Of a DNA stretch of 64,000 nucleotides, positions 25,082 through 37,782 are shown piece after piece; the stretch's first letter is position 1, and every line of letters begins with the position of its first letter. This DNA comes from Massalongia carnosa. Its lineage: Eukaryota. The stretch is taken from positions 1,240,001 to 1,304,000 of the forward strand of contig OZ287081.1 in the NCBI GenBank assembly GCA_965645245.1, in the 5' to 3' direction. The position numbers and the translations under genes are program-made. The notes under the pieces are model-generated. The model worked only from the letters and a program-made list of their open reading frames with translations, was not told the DNA's origin and ran no database searches.

Positions 25082-28000
25082 ATGAATGTTTCGCAGCCAT
25101 TGTCCTCGGTGACAGGTAGCCCCAAAGCCCACGACGTCATTGCCTATACATCCCCAGATCCTACTGCCGAAGAATCGCGAATATCGATTCCATTCGTTCC
25201 AAGTACCCAGGTGCCCTCCAACGCGAGATATAAATCTTGGACCGAATGCGCGAAACCTTCTCAACTGCAATCTAGCTCTTCGAGCATACTTGACAATCCG
25301 GCATGGAACGCCGCCCATTCGAATAAGCAAGAACATTGCATACCAGAGTCTTGCCCATTGGGTCAACCAAATACAGCGCTTTCCTCCGCAGGCAGCAAAA
25401 GAGGTCCATCGCCCATAGCGCAGCCGTTCAATCGTTGGGCGTTGAGCGGGCAGCCACCTCTAAAGAAAGCGCGTCACAAAACCCAGCCTCAATACAAAAC
25501 AGATCCTCAAACTACGCTCAATCGGCCCATAGGAGACGCGACCACTTCGCTCTCTTTGTTCGGTTCAAACACTCTACTGCAGAGACCCTCATTGCCCATT
25601 AGACTTTCGAGTTCGGAGCCGGAGCAAGAGATGTTGAGTAAAGCTAGGGACGATCATGGAGGGACAAGGACGCTGAAGTTGGCGCGTGGAGCAATAAACC
25701 CAATGAGCCCCTCTCGAGAAACCCCCACACCAGGGTCCCTCGATCCCCTGGGTACATTAAGTACATCGATGCTACAAGATGATGCGGAGAACTCGGCTGG
25801 GCTTTCAATTCTAACCCAGGTTGGGGTACGTGAAGTCTTGGAGCACGACGATCGGCCAACATTCATCATAGATCTTGGGGACCACGCGAATTTTGAGCCT
25901 GGGCCTCTGCATGTCATATATGCTAATACTTCTTTACTAGCTTTCAATGGCTTACTTGATAAGATTACAGGAAGGTTCGATGCTGGGTTTCCTGGCCTAA
26001 CTGCAGCCACAGCGTTTAGCGACTTCAAAGCTTGGGCAACAAGCTACGTTAGGAATCATGAGTGTCTAGATGTATCCCTTCCTTCGTTTTTCTACGATGG
26101 TATTACCTGGACCTGTTGTTCCTTAAGGAAACGACTACGCTTAATTAGATGTTCTTCTGAACCATGCATACCCGGATTAACATCCAATCCTTCGTCCGTC
26201 CAACTCGTGTCATACCCAACCATAAATAATAATCATATTACCATGTCACCTACAGAAGCAAAGAGCCTGGAAGAAGAGCCCCCTGACTACTTTTCTAGTT
26301 CATTTCCACCTACCGCTAGCAAATATTCTAATGCGGACACAAATACTTTCTCGTCGCACAACAGTCAAGAGTCGTTCTACTCAACCTCAGGTCATGGGAC
26401 TGATGATGCCCAGCATAAAATTCCACTCCGTGCAAGATCCAGTTTAGGGTCAAGTGCTAAACACCCACTAGATTTACGCTCGAATAGGGCTATACCGGGA
26501 GCTGCGAATGTAGGTGAAGCTGATCCTTTTCCGATCTCGCCGCAAGTTCAGCAAGGGTTCTTTGACTGGACGAGACTTCCGGTTACACCAGCTCTACCGC
26601 GCCATATTCAATTTGCCCGCAGCGTGGATTGGGCGTCTACCTCTCTTGGTCGGATTGAAGACTGGTCCTCAGAACTTCGTAGTATGTGTAATCTTATCAT
26701 GGCCAGCCCACACCCTGCGGCCATGTACTGGGGCGACGATCTGATAACAATATACAATGAGGCTTACATTCTTCTTGCGGGCCAGAAACATCCTCGTTTG
26801 ATGGGTCAAATGTACCGTGAGGCATGGCCAGAAATATGGGGAGATGTTGGACACGTTTTTGACAATGCCCGATTGAGGGGACAAGCCACAATGAAAGACG
26901 ATGATTGCCTATTCATGCAACGATCGACCTCTCCAGGTTTCTTAGAAGAGACTTATTTCTCTTGGGCTTTGATACCTCTGGTGGGGGTAAATGGCTCAGT
27001 CGTTGGTGTATATAATCCTGCATTTGAGAAAACAAGGCGTAAAATCGCCGAAAGACGAATGCTTACCCTTCGAGACGTGGGGGAGAAGACAGCAGCAGCC
27101 CGGGACCTGAAAAGCTTCTGGAGGCAAGTTCTTGGAGGATTAGCAAATAATGCACTCGATACGCCATTTGTTTTACTGTACTCATTGGCGGAAGACATCA
27201 ACGGTGATATATCCTCCGAGCAGCCCAGCGGTAGATCAAGATCTAGACAATTCGTTTTGGAAGGCTCACTTGGGGTACCCGAGGGCCATAAGGCGGCTCC
27301 ACCACAAATTGACCTTCAAGAAGATTCTGGTTTTCTTAAGCATGCCTTTGGAGAAGCTATGAAGACCGAAAAGTCCGTTCTTCTTCAAACAGGAGATGGC
27401 ACCCTTGATTCCAATTTATTTCGAGGAATCGAATGGCGTGGCTTTGGAGATCCCTGTAAGGCAGCTGTTTGCTGTTCAATATCGTTAGCTAGCGATGACT
27501 CGGTACTTGGATTTCTTGTTATGGGAGTTAATCCACGAAGGCCGTACGATGATGACTATAGCCTTTTTGTTCAGTTGCTTAGTCGGCAGCTAGCAACATC
27601 CATGGCTTCTGTCGTACTTTTCGCTGAGGAAATCGCGAAAGGCAAACGCGCTGCTCGACGTGCAGCGGTAGATCGAATCGAGTTATCTGAAAAATTGGCT
27701 GCGCTAACACAAGAAGCTATAGAAAGCGAAACTAGATTTACTCGCATGGCTGGGTTTGCTCCCGTTGGAATATTTATTGCTGATTCCCGAGGCCGAATTA
27801 CATATTGCAATGACATGTGGTATGAAATATCCCAAGTACCGAAGAAGACTAACGGCACTGATAAATGGATGGACTCGATCAAGAATGACGACAAGAATAT
27901 GGTGATGGCTCTCTGGTCCAAGCTGGTCGACGATGCTGTTGCAATGAATGCAGAGTTCCGCTTCAAGAAATCTTGGGAAGACCCTAATGGAAACAGAGGA

Positions 28001-29711
28001 GATACCTGGGTTCTGGCTAGTGCCTACCCAGAGAAAGATAGTGATGGTAGGGTGAAGGGCATTTTTGGTAGCATTACCAATATCAGTCAGCAGAAATGGG
28101 CTGAACACTTTGAGAAGCGCAGGATGGAAGAAGCGGTTGAAATGAAACGGCAGCAGGAGAATTTTATCGATATCACGAGCCACGAGATGCGCAACCCTTT
28201 AAGTGCTATTCTGCAGTGTGCTGATGAAATTTCCACTACTTTATCCCAGTATCGAGCTAATGGTAGTTCGCCGTCGAGGTCGGTTGACGATCTGATGGAG
28301 AACAGCATCGATGCAGCCCAAACTATAGCACTCTGTGCACAGCACCAGAAACGTATCGTGGACGACATACTGACCCTCTCAAAACTGGACTCAGCGCTAC
28401 TTCTCGTTACGCCTTGCGATGTGATGCCAATCTCTGTGGTTCAACGGGCCTTGAAGATGTTTGACGGTGAAGTACACAAGGCAGACATCGAGTTAAATTT
28501 CCAGGTGGACGACACGTTTGCGAAATGCGAGATTGATTGGGTGAAATTGGATCCGTCACGCCTGCTGCAAGTGCTCATCAACCTGACCACCAATGCCATT
28601 AAATTTACATCCGCGCAGAAGAAACGAATCATTACGGTCCGGCTCGGCGCCTCTTTAGATAGACCATCAAAAGAAACTTCTAGCGACGTCTCATATTTCC
28701 CAACCCGAGCAAAGCGGAAAGATCTTACCAAGACTGCTGATTGGGGCAAAGGCGAGCGAGTATTCATTCACTTTGCAGTCCAAGACACGGGCCGTGGCCT
28801 AAGTGAAGAGGAAACCAAGCTTCTCTTCCTACGGTTCTCCCAAGCAAGCCCAAGGACCCACGTTCAATATGGCGGTTCGGGGCTCGGACTCTTCATCTCG
28901 CGCGAACTTGTGGAGTTACAGGGCGGCGAAATTGGCGTCTCCTCCAAGGCTGGGGAGGGCAGTACCTTTGCCTTTTACGTCAAGGCGAGAAGATCTACCG
29001 CTCCTATCGAACCGTTGACCCCACTGTCGACCCCAGTCTCCAACAAGCCCTCTATGGCGAACAGCCTAAATGCATCCGAACCCAAGGCCTTGCCGACTCC
29101 ACCCTCAAGATCGCCGAACCCCGTTCCAAAGGAAAACCTCCGGTTCCTCATTGTGGAAGACAACCTTGTTAACCAGCGCGTGCTGCAGAAACAGCTTCGC
29201 AACCTTGGCTGCATCGTCTACGTCGCAAACCATGGCGGTGACTGTCTTGACCTGCTCCAGAGGTCCTCCTTTTGGAGGGGCCGCGAGCGCGACGGCTTCG
29301 ACCTCACCGTCATTCTCATGGACCTGGAGATGCCCGTCATGGACGGCTTGACGTGCGCGCGCCGGATTCGTGAGTTGCAACGCGGGGGCCAGGTGGTGAG
29401 GCATGTTCCGATCATCGCCGTGTCAGCCAATGCACGGATCGAGCAGATCAATACAGCGCTGAGCGCTGGAATGGTATGTCTGGTTCGGTCTACTCCGATG
29501 TTTCCTTGATTGGCGATTGTACAAGCTTTTTCATTTTTATTCCGGCTAACATTTTGAGCTTTGGTAGGATGATGTAGTGTCGAAACCATTTCGGATCACG
29601 GAGCTCATCCCCAAGGTCGAGAAGCTAGCTGAGCAGTACGGTAACCTCGATAAAACAGCCTCGTCGTCGTCATCGTCGTCGTCATCGTCATCACCTTCAA
29701 CCCCGTCATAA
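25082..29711 (+). CDS. Hybrid sensor histidine kinase (PAS/GAF-like inputs, HisKA, HATPase_c, receiver)
   Basis: H-box FIDITSHEMRNPL, N-box INLTTNAIKFT, G1 DTGRG, G2 GGSGLGL, receiver LIVEDN...LMDLEMPVMDG...SKPF. Last intron 29474-29568; the start codon is uncertain. Confidence 0.93.
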
Positions 29712-30890
29712 CGCTTTCCTTCATCCCTTCTCTATGAGGCCCAAGTATCTCCACTTATTTTAGAGAAAAGGAGGAAGAACTCTATCATGGCTGTTTTTTT
29801 TTTGTTCTTCTCCCTGTGCCGGTTTTTCATGGCTGTATTGTTTTTTGTTAATTTGGAAGAGGTGTGATCCAGCAATTTATTAGCGACTCATTGGACCCCC
29901 GGCGTGCTTATTTCCGGAGTTGGAGTTGCGTATCGATACGGGGGTAGATGGTCCCTTCTGCCGTGAAGCATCGCGCTGGCGTTCTGGTTTTCTCGACCCT
30001 TTCATTGTCTGTGTGCATAGATAGGCAGTCAGTATTGCTATACGAAACATTTTTGGGGAATAGAGAGGAGGGGGGTTGGTGGAGTAGCTAGCTCGGGCTT
30101 GGAAGAGGGTGGAAAGATGGAATTTGGCTATAGGTAGATAGAGGCCTGTCTATAGAGTAGGTAGCGGCATGCAGGGAGACGGGGGTTGATCTAGAGCTGC
30201 GCAACGTGGAAATAAAAAATCTTGGTTTGATTCGTTGTATTTAGGGTTGGGAGAACTTAACTCATCTATCTATTCACCCCATCACGAAACCGCAACGCGA
30301 TTAAAACAAACCCCCTCCATCAGTCCAAACTACTTCCGTCGTACCTGGTCGGGTTATTTCTCCTTCTGATACCTGCCTACTTAGGGACCTCCCCCTGTAT
30401 GAATGCCATTCTCCCATTCCTCCGCATCTATGAGTGACAATGAAGATATCATCGACCTCTGCTACTAAATGACTGGCTGACTAGCCACCAAGTGTTTAGA
30501 TCCTAAAAAGGTCTCCCCATACTCATATGGATGGATGGATAAATGGTCCGCCTGGTAGCTCTGATTAGTACTTTTTTAAAACTTCACTTGCTGAATGGGT
30601 TGGCTTGGCATGACTCGTTTTCTCTAAGGAAGAGACTTTGGAACCTCTTAAGGAGATTTAAAAGCGCGGTCCGAAGGATATATGGGGGTTATTTAGCTTT
30701 TTCGCATACGCCGAGCTTGGGGTTGAGGTTGGTTGGGAGATTTCTAGTACGGGATAGTAGTATATCCGTGCTTAAGAGAAAGATTCGAGCGAAGGAAGTT
30801 TGTGGGAGGCCTGAGGTTCGGTTTCCAGGCGGATAATCGTTCTTGAAAAATGTGCTAAAGAAAGGGAGTCTAAGAACGCAGCTAGCGGCG

Positions 30891-32199
30891 TTAATGAGCT
30901 GGTATTGCCAAGCTTTGCCCAGATGTTAGATGGGCGATATTAGATTCCTGCTTTGTGTCATCATTGGCATCCTTTTCCACCGCTATCTGCTCCGCACGAG
31001 CCCGGGCCAACAGCTCGGGATACCACCGCTCACCCACGTCCGGATGGCTCTTCACGCGATTGAACAGCGTGGCCTCACCCAAATGTTCCCACTTGCCCTT
31101 CGTGAACGTAAAATCAACGTCGTCGGCCCGAAGCCCGCCCCGCTGCCGGAGCACCTCGTCGTGTATGGCTCGAATCGTGGGCGACATATCGATGCTCTCG
31201 AATGTGGCGTCATAGCTGACACCCTGGAAGAAGGGCACGCTGAAGCGCGGCCCGGAACCCGCGGGGGGGCTCAGAACGCGGTGCGTCGTGCTAGTGCACA
31301 CACCGTGGGTTAGGGCCTCGAGGCCCTGGCCAATGACCACGACGAGGGTTCCGGGGATTGGAGCGCAGTCGATCCAAGTGCCGGCGAGATTTTGAGCTTG
31401 AAGCCCGTGGTGAGGGCTTGCTTGGAGGAGGTAGGAGGTTAGCATGGAATCCTTGTGGGGTCCCACACCTTGCGCTTGCGGAAGCTTGTCGGAAGGGCCA
31501 AAAGAATTCGACAAAGGGGCCAAGACGCTAGTGTCCGGGTATTTGACGATCTTGAGTTTGTGCTGCTGGTCGGCGTCGAAAAAGCGAGTGAATGCTGTTG
31601 GAGGGAGGAGCAAGGCCTCGGCGATAAGAGAGGTGAAGTTAGTGGACAGGGTGGACATTTGCCGGATATAGGATTCGTAGACTAGGCGGAAGGAGGGGAG
31701 AAAGATGGGGTCGGGCCATTGGTTTGGTGAGAGGAGGTTGTGATAAATGGGCGAGGTAGGAGAAGGGAGAGGGTGTGGGGTCGAGAGATCTATCTGTTCG
31801 CGCCTTTTGGGTTTTTTTAGTCTTCGACAGGGGCCTCGATACAGCTAAGGGGAACTAACCAGTCGACGGCATGCTTTGTGATTTCATTACCGAGTTTATT
31901 GTAACCTTTTATCTAACGTTCAGCATGAACCGAAACATTGCCTGCTGAAGGCAAGGCTCACCCAGAAAACTAGGGACATTCTTCATCTGAATCTCCTGTT
32001 TCTTTTCTTCGGGCAAGTCGAAAAATGCCTTGCCCTGCGTGATGACATCTTGAATCAATGCCTCGTCAATGCCGGTATTTCGAATATAGAGGAAGCCAAC
32101 TTCGAGAAGTGCTTTGCGGAGAGAACCGAGGAAAGCGGGTTTGGTGTCTAGACTGCGTGAAAGGGAAAGATCGAGGATGGGGATTGAACTGAAAGACAT
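30891..32199 (-). CDS. 2-oxoglutarate/Fe(II)-dependent dioxygenase (IPNS-like)
   Basis: MSFSSIPILDLS, VGFLYIRNTGI, HKD iron motif (GVGPHKD), distal His in TTHRV and RFSVPFF (RxS). Two introns. Confidence 0.9.
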
Positions 32200-32548
32200 T
32201 TTACCCTGAAGAAACCAAAGTGAGGATCGATTTGGCTTCGGACATGCTGGTTGTAGAGAAGGAGGAAGACTTGGTTTGAATGGGGAAATGCTAGAGCAGA
32301 GTTCACAATGCTTGAGAGGTATGGCGTGATGTGGGGTAATGTTACAAGTAGATGTGATGACGGTGGAACTTGCCTTTGCCGTGAAATCTGAACGGGATGA
32401 GAACCAAATGCACGACCGTTCAACAATCCGAGTAGAAAGCGGCTCAGCGTTTCCCGTTACATTGTATGCTTTCTTGCTGCCCGACTTTCGAGGATACCAC
32501 GTGCGTAGCGGTTGTGCTCGTAACCTAGGTTCGAACGAGATTGAATTG

Positions 32549-33975
32549 CTATCTAGTATACTCCTTCTGTAACAGCTTCGCGATAGTCTGTAGCTGGATA
32601 TTGCTGGTTCCTTCGTAGATGGCTCCGATCTTGCTGTCCCGAAACATTTTCTCGGCGATGCCTTCCCGAACGAAACCCATGCCACCCATCCACTCAATCG
32701 CTTGCCCGCTAACGCGGCCTGCAACTTGGGAGGCATAAAGCTTGGCCATGGCAGCATCTCGTACAAAGTCTTCGCCAGCTTCCTTCTTCCGCGCTGCGTT
32801 GTACACTAGGGCTCGGGCGGCGCAGATCTCTGTGTAAGCCTGGGCTATTTGATGTTGCATGCCCTGGAACTCGCCAACTAATTTTCCAAACTGTTTTCGA
32901 TCATTCCACACATATCTAATGTCTGTTAGCTGCGGTCCTCCACGGGTGAACCGTATATTTTGATCATACGCAGCAGCATTTTCCCAAGCTCCGAGGGCTA
33001 GGCCCGTCATCTGTGCAGCAATACCGATTCTGCCTTCATTTAAAAGACCCATGGCGTACTTGTACCCCTGACCTTCTTCTCCTAGAAGTTGATCCTTGGG
33101 TATCTCTACGTCGTCAAAGTTGATGACACACGTACTACTGGCTCGGATCCCGAGCTTCTTCTCCTTCTTCGCTATCGAGAACCCTTTGGTGTCCTTTTCG
33201 ACCACGAATGCTGTAATACCTTTGTAGCCCTTGCTTGAATCAAGATTGGCAAACACAATGAAGAAGTTTGCCTCTATGGAATTAGTTATCCACATCTTAC
33301 TCCCGTTAATTCGATAACCCGTCGATGATTTCTCTGCCTTAGTTCGTAATGCAAAGGCATCCGAACCGGACGCTGGTTCTGACAAACAAAAGGAGCCGAC
33401 GGTTTCGGTTGCCAATCGGGGCAACCATCTTCGCTTGGATTCGCTTGTTCCGTACTTCAGTATAGCTGTGTTGACCAATGTGTTATGCACATCCACCAGG
33501 ACGCTGACACTGGGATCAACCCTGGCGAGTTCTTCGATACCTACAATTCCTGCGGTAAAGTTCATACCAGCACCTCCATATTCCTCAGGGATTTCAATGC
33601 CCATCAGACCTTGTTCGAACAGTTGTTCCACCAGAGTCGGGTCCATTTTTTCGGCTTCGTCCATTTCTCGAACCTTTGGTGATATAACTTCCTGCGCAAA
33701 CTTGGAAACCGACTCGGCCATCATCATCTCAGTCTCGGACATGTGGGTTATAGGCGTAGGTGTGATAGCAGATATGTCTATGGCGTCGGCCTGGCGCCGC
33801 CGAGATGTAGATGAAAATGGTTGGACACTACATGTGTGAGTACTTTCGAAGCAGCCCTAGGGTATTGCAGGTTGGCATACCATCGAGCTGCCCCCGAGGC
33901 AAGCCGCAGAGATCTGTCTGACCGAGGAGAAGCAACGCGTGTAAGAGGTCTTAAGGATTTGACAAAAGCGGCCAT
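32549..33975 (-). CDS. Mitochondrial short/branched-chain acyl-CoA dehydrogenase
   Basis: Arg/Ser-rich presequence, GSFCLSEPASGSDA, INGSKMWITN, KLGIRASST, EGRIGIAAQ, RKQFG and IYEGTSNIQ. Two introns. Confidence 0.93.
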
Positions 33976-34607
33976 CTTTCTGGTGGTATATATAACTTCA
34001 CAAACTCATCTGCAAGAAGCCCTAGAGCCTCCAATGGATTGTTGTGTAAGAGATGTTCATGAGAGGTCAGCTCCTATCCTGTAGAGGAGATGGGCATCAT
34101 GGGCATTTGGGTCTTGAAGCCAACCTCGGCAAAATAACACCGACGTAAACCGACCATTTTTGAAAAGTGGCTGAGGAAACCCCTCGTGCGCCTTTTCCAC
34201 TGCATAGTTATCAGCAGGTATGGCTATATGACTGATCATGACTTAACTAGTACCATTAATCACGAGTTTGCTTGATAGTCTGTGTCCCTAACGAAGCACA
34301 GAATACAGAGTACGACTACTCTCTATACTCTGTACGGATCTACCTACTTCCCCCGCGTATGCAGCTTGCCATCATGACGCGGGGGAACGCCATAGCCGCT
34401 TCGAAAAACCTGAAGTGGAGCCCTCAGGCATCACCCAACCTTCATAATAAAATCCTTATGCAGAATTCTATCCATTGACTTCTTTATAACTTGAGCCTGT
34501 ATAAAAATCTTCGCTCTAAACTATTCTTCGTACTGCACAGAATCTGTTAGCTATTATCTAGACTTTTCCAAGTCATACCCCGTGCCCCCCCCCCAACCAT
34601 CCAAAAT

Positions 34608-36300
34608 ATGGCTGGCCACGATGATCCCAGACTACTATATAGCGTCGCTAACATCAGCGCATACCACATCCAGAATGGAGAAGAATCTCCTCTGAGCACC
34701 TCTGGTCCACAGACACTTTCGTTGTTGATGGTGCCGACTGCGTCGCCATTCGCAGATCTCTCATCGGCAGACCCGCAAAGTGCAGCGCCGGAACAAGACT
34801 TCTACCTACATCTCCACTTGCCCCCAGAACTAGACCTCCCACTACCTGCCACGACCCAAATATACCATCAGCCTCCACGGAGTTACTTGATTCCGCGATG
34901 GGACCTTGGCCCTGACAGCGGGGCTTTCACACGAATTGAGTTCCCAAAGATTGGCTCAGGTACCGGTAAAGTCACGCAAGAGGATATTGACACCTTTGAA
35001 ACAATCCTTGCTCAATGTACAGCATTCTTGGAACGTGCCAGTCCCCCAAGTGGCAAGGGTCATAGCCAGTACAACCCTGCAGATTTTGCACCTGGGGAAG
35101 GATATCTTGGGCGTGGGCTTTCTGGCTCTCAGCCCGGCCAGATTGTTCTTGTGGACGAGGAAAATGGAAGCGTGGTGGGCGAGCTCAGCGAAGGCTTCAA
35201 TATTGTTGAGGGTAAAGGCGTACAGCCAGGTTCAAAGAGTGCCTCTCCTGCCAGTCTTTCCCCACTTTAGTAACATCATTTCTGACTATACTACTAGATC
35301 CTGTTGAAATACACTTGCCGCAGGAAGGAGAGGGCAATCAAATCGACATCACCAATGCCTCCGAAGAATACCTTACAATGTCGAGACACCCTGCCTACAA
35401 AGATTCAACACTTGTGCAGAACGCTGCAGTGGCATCACGCCTCATCGTTACGACTACAGGGCTTTTAGCCAACGCATTAACTTCAGGAGCCGATACTTTC
35501 ATCAAAAAGACGAAGCCAAACCCTAAGCCGATGACATTCACCCCAACCACACAGGCCAGAGTCAGGAAGCTTAATAGTCTTTCTGAGGGAGCGGTGGGGT
35601 TGTCTGCGAAAACGGTTGGCCAAGTCACCAAGATAGCACAGAACATTGGAGCAACCATGGCGCGTCGTGGGGAGCAACAAAAGAAGAACAAGGGTTATGA
35701 CAAAGATGGCCGCCCTATCGAGAACTATAAGCCTGGTCTTCTGAACAAATCCATGATGGCGTTCTCGACTGTTGCTGACGGCGTCGACTACGCTTCACGC
35801 AACCTTTTAGCATCAGGATCGACTGCAGCAACCACGGTAGTTGGCTATCGATATGGGGAGGATGCCAGACAAGTTGCTGGAGGCCTTGTTGGAGGTGTCA
35901 AAAATGTGGGTCTAGTGTACGTTGACGCAGCCGGTGTGTCACGCAGAGCGATCATAAAGAGTGTAGCAAAGGGCATGGTAACTAATTGCCCAACACCTTC
36001 ATACCCAGCGGTCAACAGCTGATGAACAATTAGGTCGTCGGAAAAGCCCCTGGAGGTGGAGATCTTGTCGTAGGTGGTGGAGATGGCGGTTCGGTGCCTC
36101 CTGAGCTCCGAGAACAGAACGCCAGAGCTACCAAAGGGACTGTAGGGAACCAGAACCTTACAGGGTCAGGCCAGGTTGGATCTGAAGTGCCTGGGGTTGG
36201 TCAAGTTGGCTTTGGCAACTCAGCGGCTCCGGCGTACAGCAGTGGGCTGGGTGAGCCTCTGGGAACCCAAGGGCTGCAGGGCCAGGATGTCAAAAGATAG
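34608..36300 (+). CDS. Senescence/spartin-associated domain protein
   Basis: Three-exon ORF containing DIDTFETILAQCTAF, IVLVDEENGSVVGEL, TTVVGYRYGEDA and VGLVYVDAAGVSRRAIIKSVAKG. Confidence 0.75.
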
Positions 36301-37194
36301 CGTAGTTTTCCTGGGCCCGGCTCTCGCTGATGCCGGCACTTTCCGACGATGCGGAGGAGAGAGAGATTCCCTTGTGCTTGGGCTTACTTTATATGGCGCT
36401 AGATGCGAGCACGTTGAGCGTTGCCGAGGGCCTTGCTGTAGGCTTGATGAGCCCGTCCCCCTTCGTGGCTTGAATGATGATGCGATCATGAATCATACGA
36501 CAACCCCGTTTAATCACGATCCGGTATGGGCCATATCAAGCATAAAAACTTCATGAGCATACACCATACCATGTCCAGTCGTTCGTGTAAGTATCAACCC
36601 ATGCCATCACAAGATTCTCGCTGGATTTACATCACGATTACGGCGGCTTTCCCAGCCGGCCCCCAACACATAGCATAGCTCAACCTGAAACAAAGGGGCG
36701 ACGACATTGACTTGGGGTTGCTATTGGTTGGATGAGGTATGTAGTTATGTAGGTCGGATCACGAATGCAATGCACGTCATACGATATCAGACCTCGTGGC
36801 AACCAACCATGGAGGAGAAGGCGTGCGTGATCTTCGCAAGCATTCTTGGTGAACGAAGGACGAGAACGGGTAATACTTCGGGACGAATGTATTGTGTATA
36901 GGTATTGTATTGTATTGTATGCTAACACAGTGATGAGGCAGTAGATATTATACATTGCCTTTTTATTAGAAACCAGCCGACACTGATGCTGTATTTTGTA
37001 GCCTTTGTAGGTAGGGAGGTACTTTGTACCGAGTATCTAGATGGACATGGCGTGCTTGGGGTTGCACGTGAGGGAGGATGGAACGTTTTGACACGGTGGC
37101 TTTCAGGGTCAATTCGTCAAAGGTAAGGCAATTTCAAAGGGTGAAGTGACCCGTGTTTCAGAAATATTGGATCAATGAACGATTTCCCTGTTTG

Positions 37195-37260
37195 TAGCCT
37201 TGTAGCCTTGTAGCCTTGTGGCCTTGTGGCCTTGTGGCCTTGTGGCCTTGTGGCCTTGTA
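37195..37260. repeat. 8-bp tandem repeat (T[A/G]GCCTTG) x8
   Basis: Three TAGCCTTG units, five TGGCCTTG units and a closing TA. Confidence 0.9.
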
Positions 37261-37654
37261 GGTGCATTTCATCTGACGAGGCTCCTGGTAAGTCTTTCCG
37301 TGAGGCCACAATGCATCGAACGGCACGAGAGAGACATCAGACAGCTGGAACCCATCGATCTATAAAAGGCTAGCGGTGCAGCAAAATGATAAGATGAGGT
37401 AGTCAAGTCGAAATGAATTGAACGTCACCGTCGACGTTGCGCGCTTGATGATACAAAACTCGACGGGGCGAAGGTCTCGGCGTGCAACAACGAGCCAATG
37501 GAGGGTGAATGATCTCTCATGACACTGAAAGCCATTACTAGCCGCCTTGTAGGGTTTGAAGATGACGGGCACTGGCGTGTCGCGCTATGGGATGGTCACG
37601 ATCTGGCGAGCATAGAGAAGATGAGATGGATCGAGGGGAAGTCTGTTGATGCTT

Positions 37655-37782
37655 TACAGTACAGAGTACGGAGTACGTAGTACAGGGTACGGAGTAGCAC
37701 TTTAGCTATTCCGTACTTTAGGTACTTTGGGTACTTTGGGTACCTTGTACTTTGGGTATGTACTTTGGGTATGTACTTTGGG
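37655..37782. repeat. Compound TA-punctuated array of short heterogeneous spacers
   Basis: TA-CAG-TA-CAGAG-TA-CGGAG-TA-CG-TA-G-TA-CAGGG-TA-CGGAG-TA, then TA-TTCCG-TA-CTTTAGG-TA-CTTTGGG-TA-CTTTGGG-TA-CCTTG-TA-CTTTGGG-TA-TG-TA-CTTTGGG-TA-TG-TA-CTTTGGG. Confidence 0.9.

Noticed and set aside
30891..36300. Secondary-metabolite cluster around the 2OG oxygenase and acyl-CoA dehydrogenase
   Set aside because: No PKS, NRPS, terpene synthase, cluster transporter or pathway regulator recognised; neighbours are housekeeping genes.
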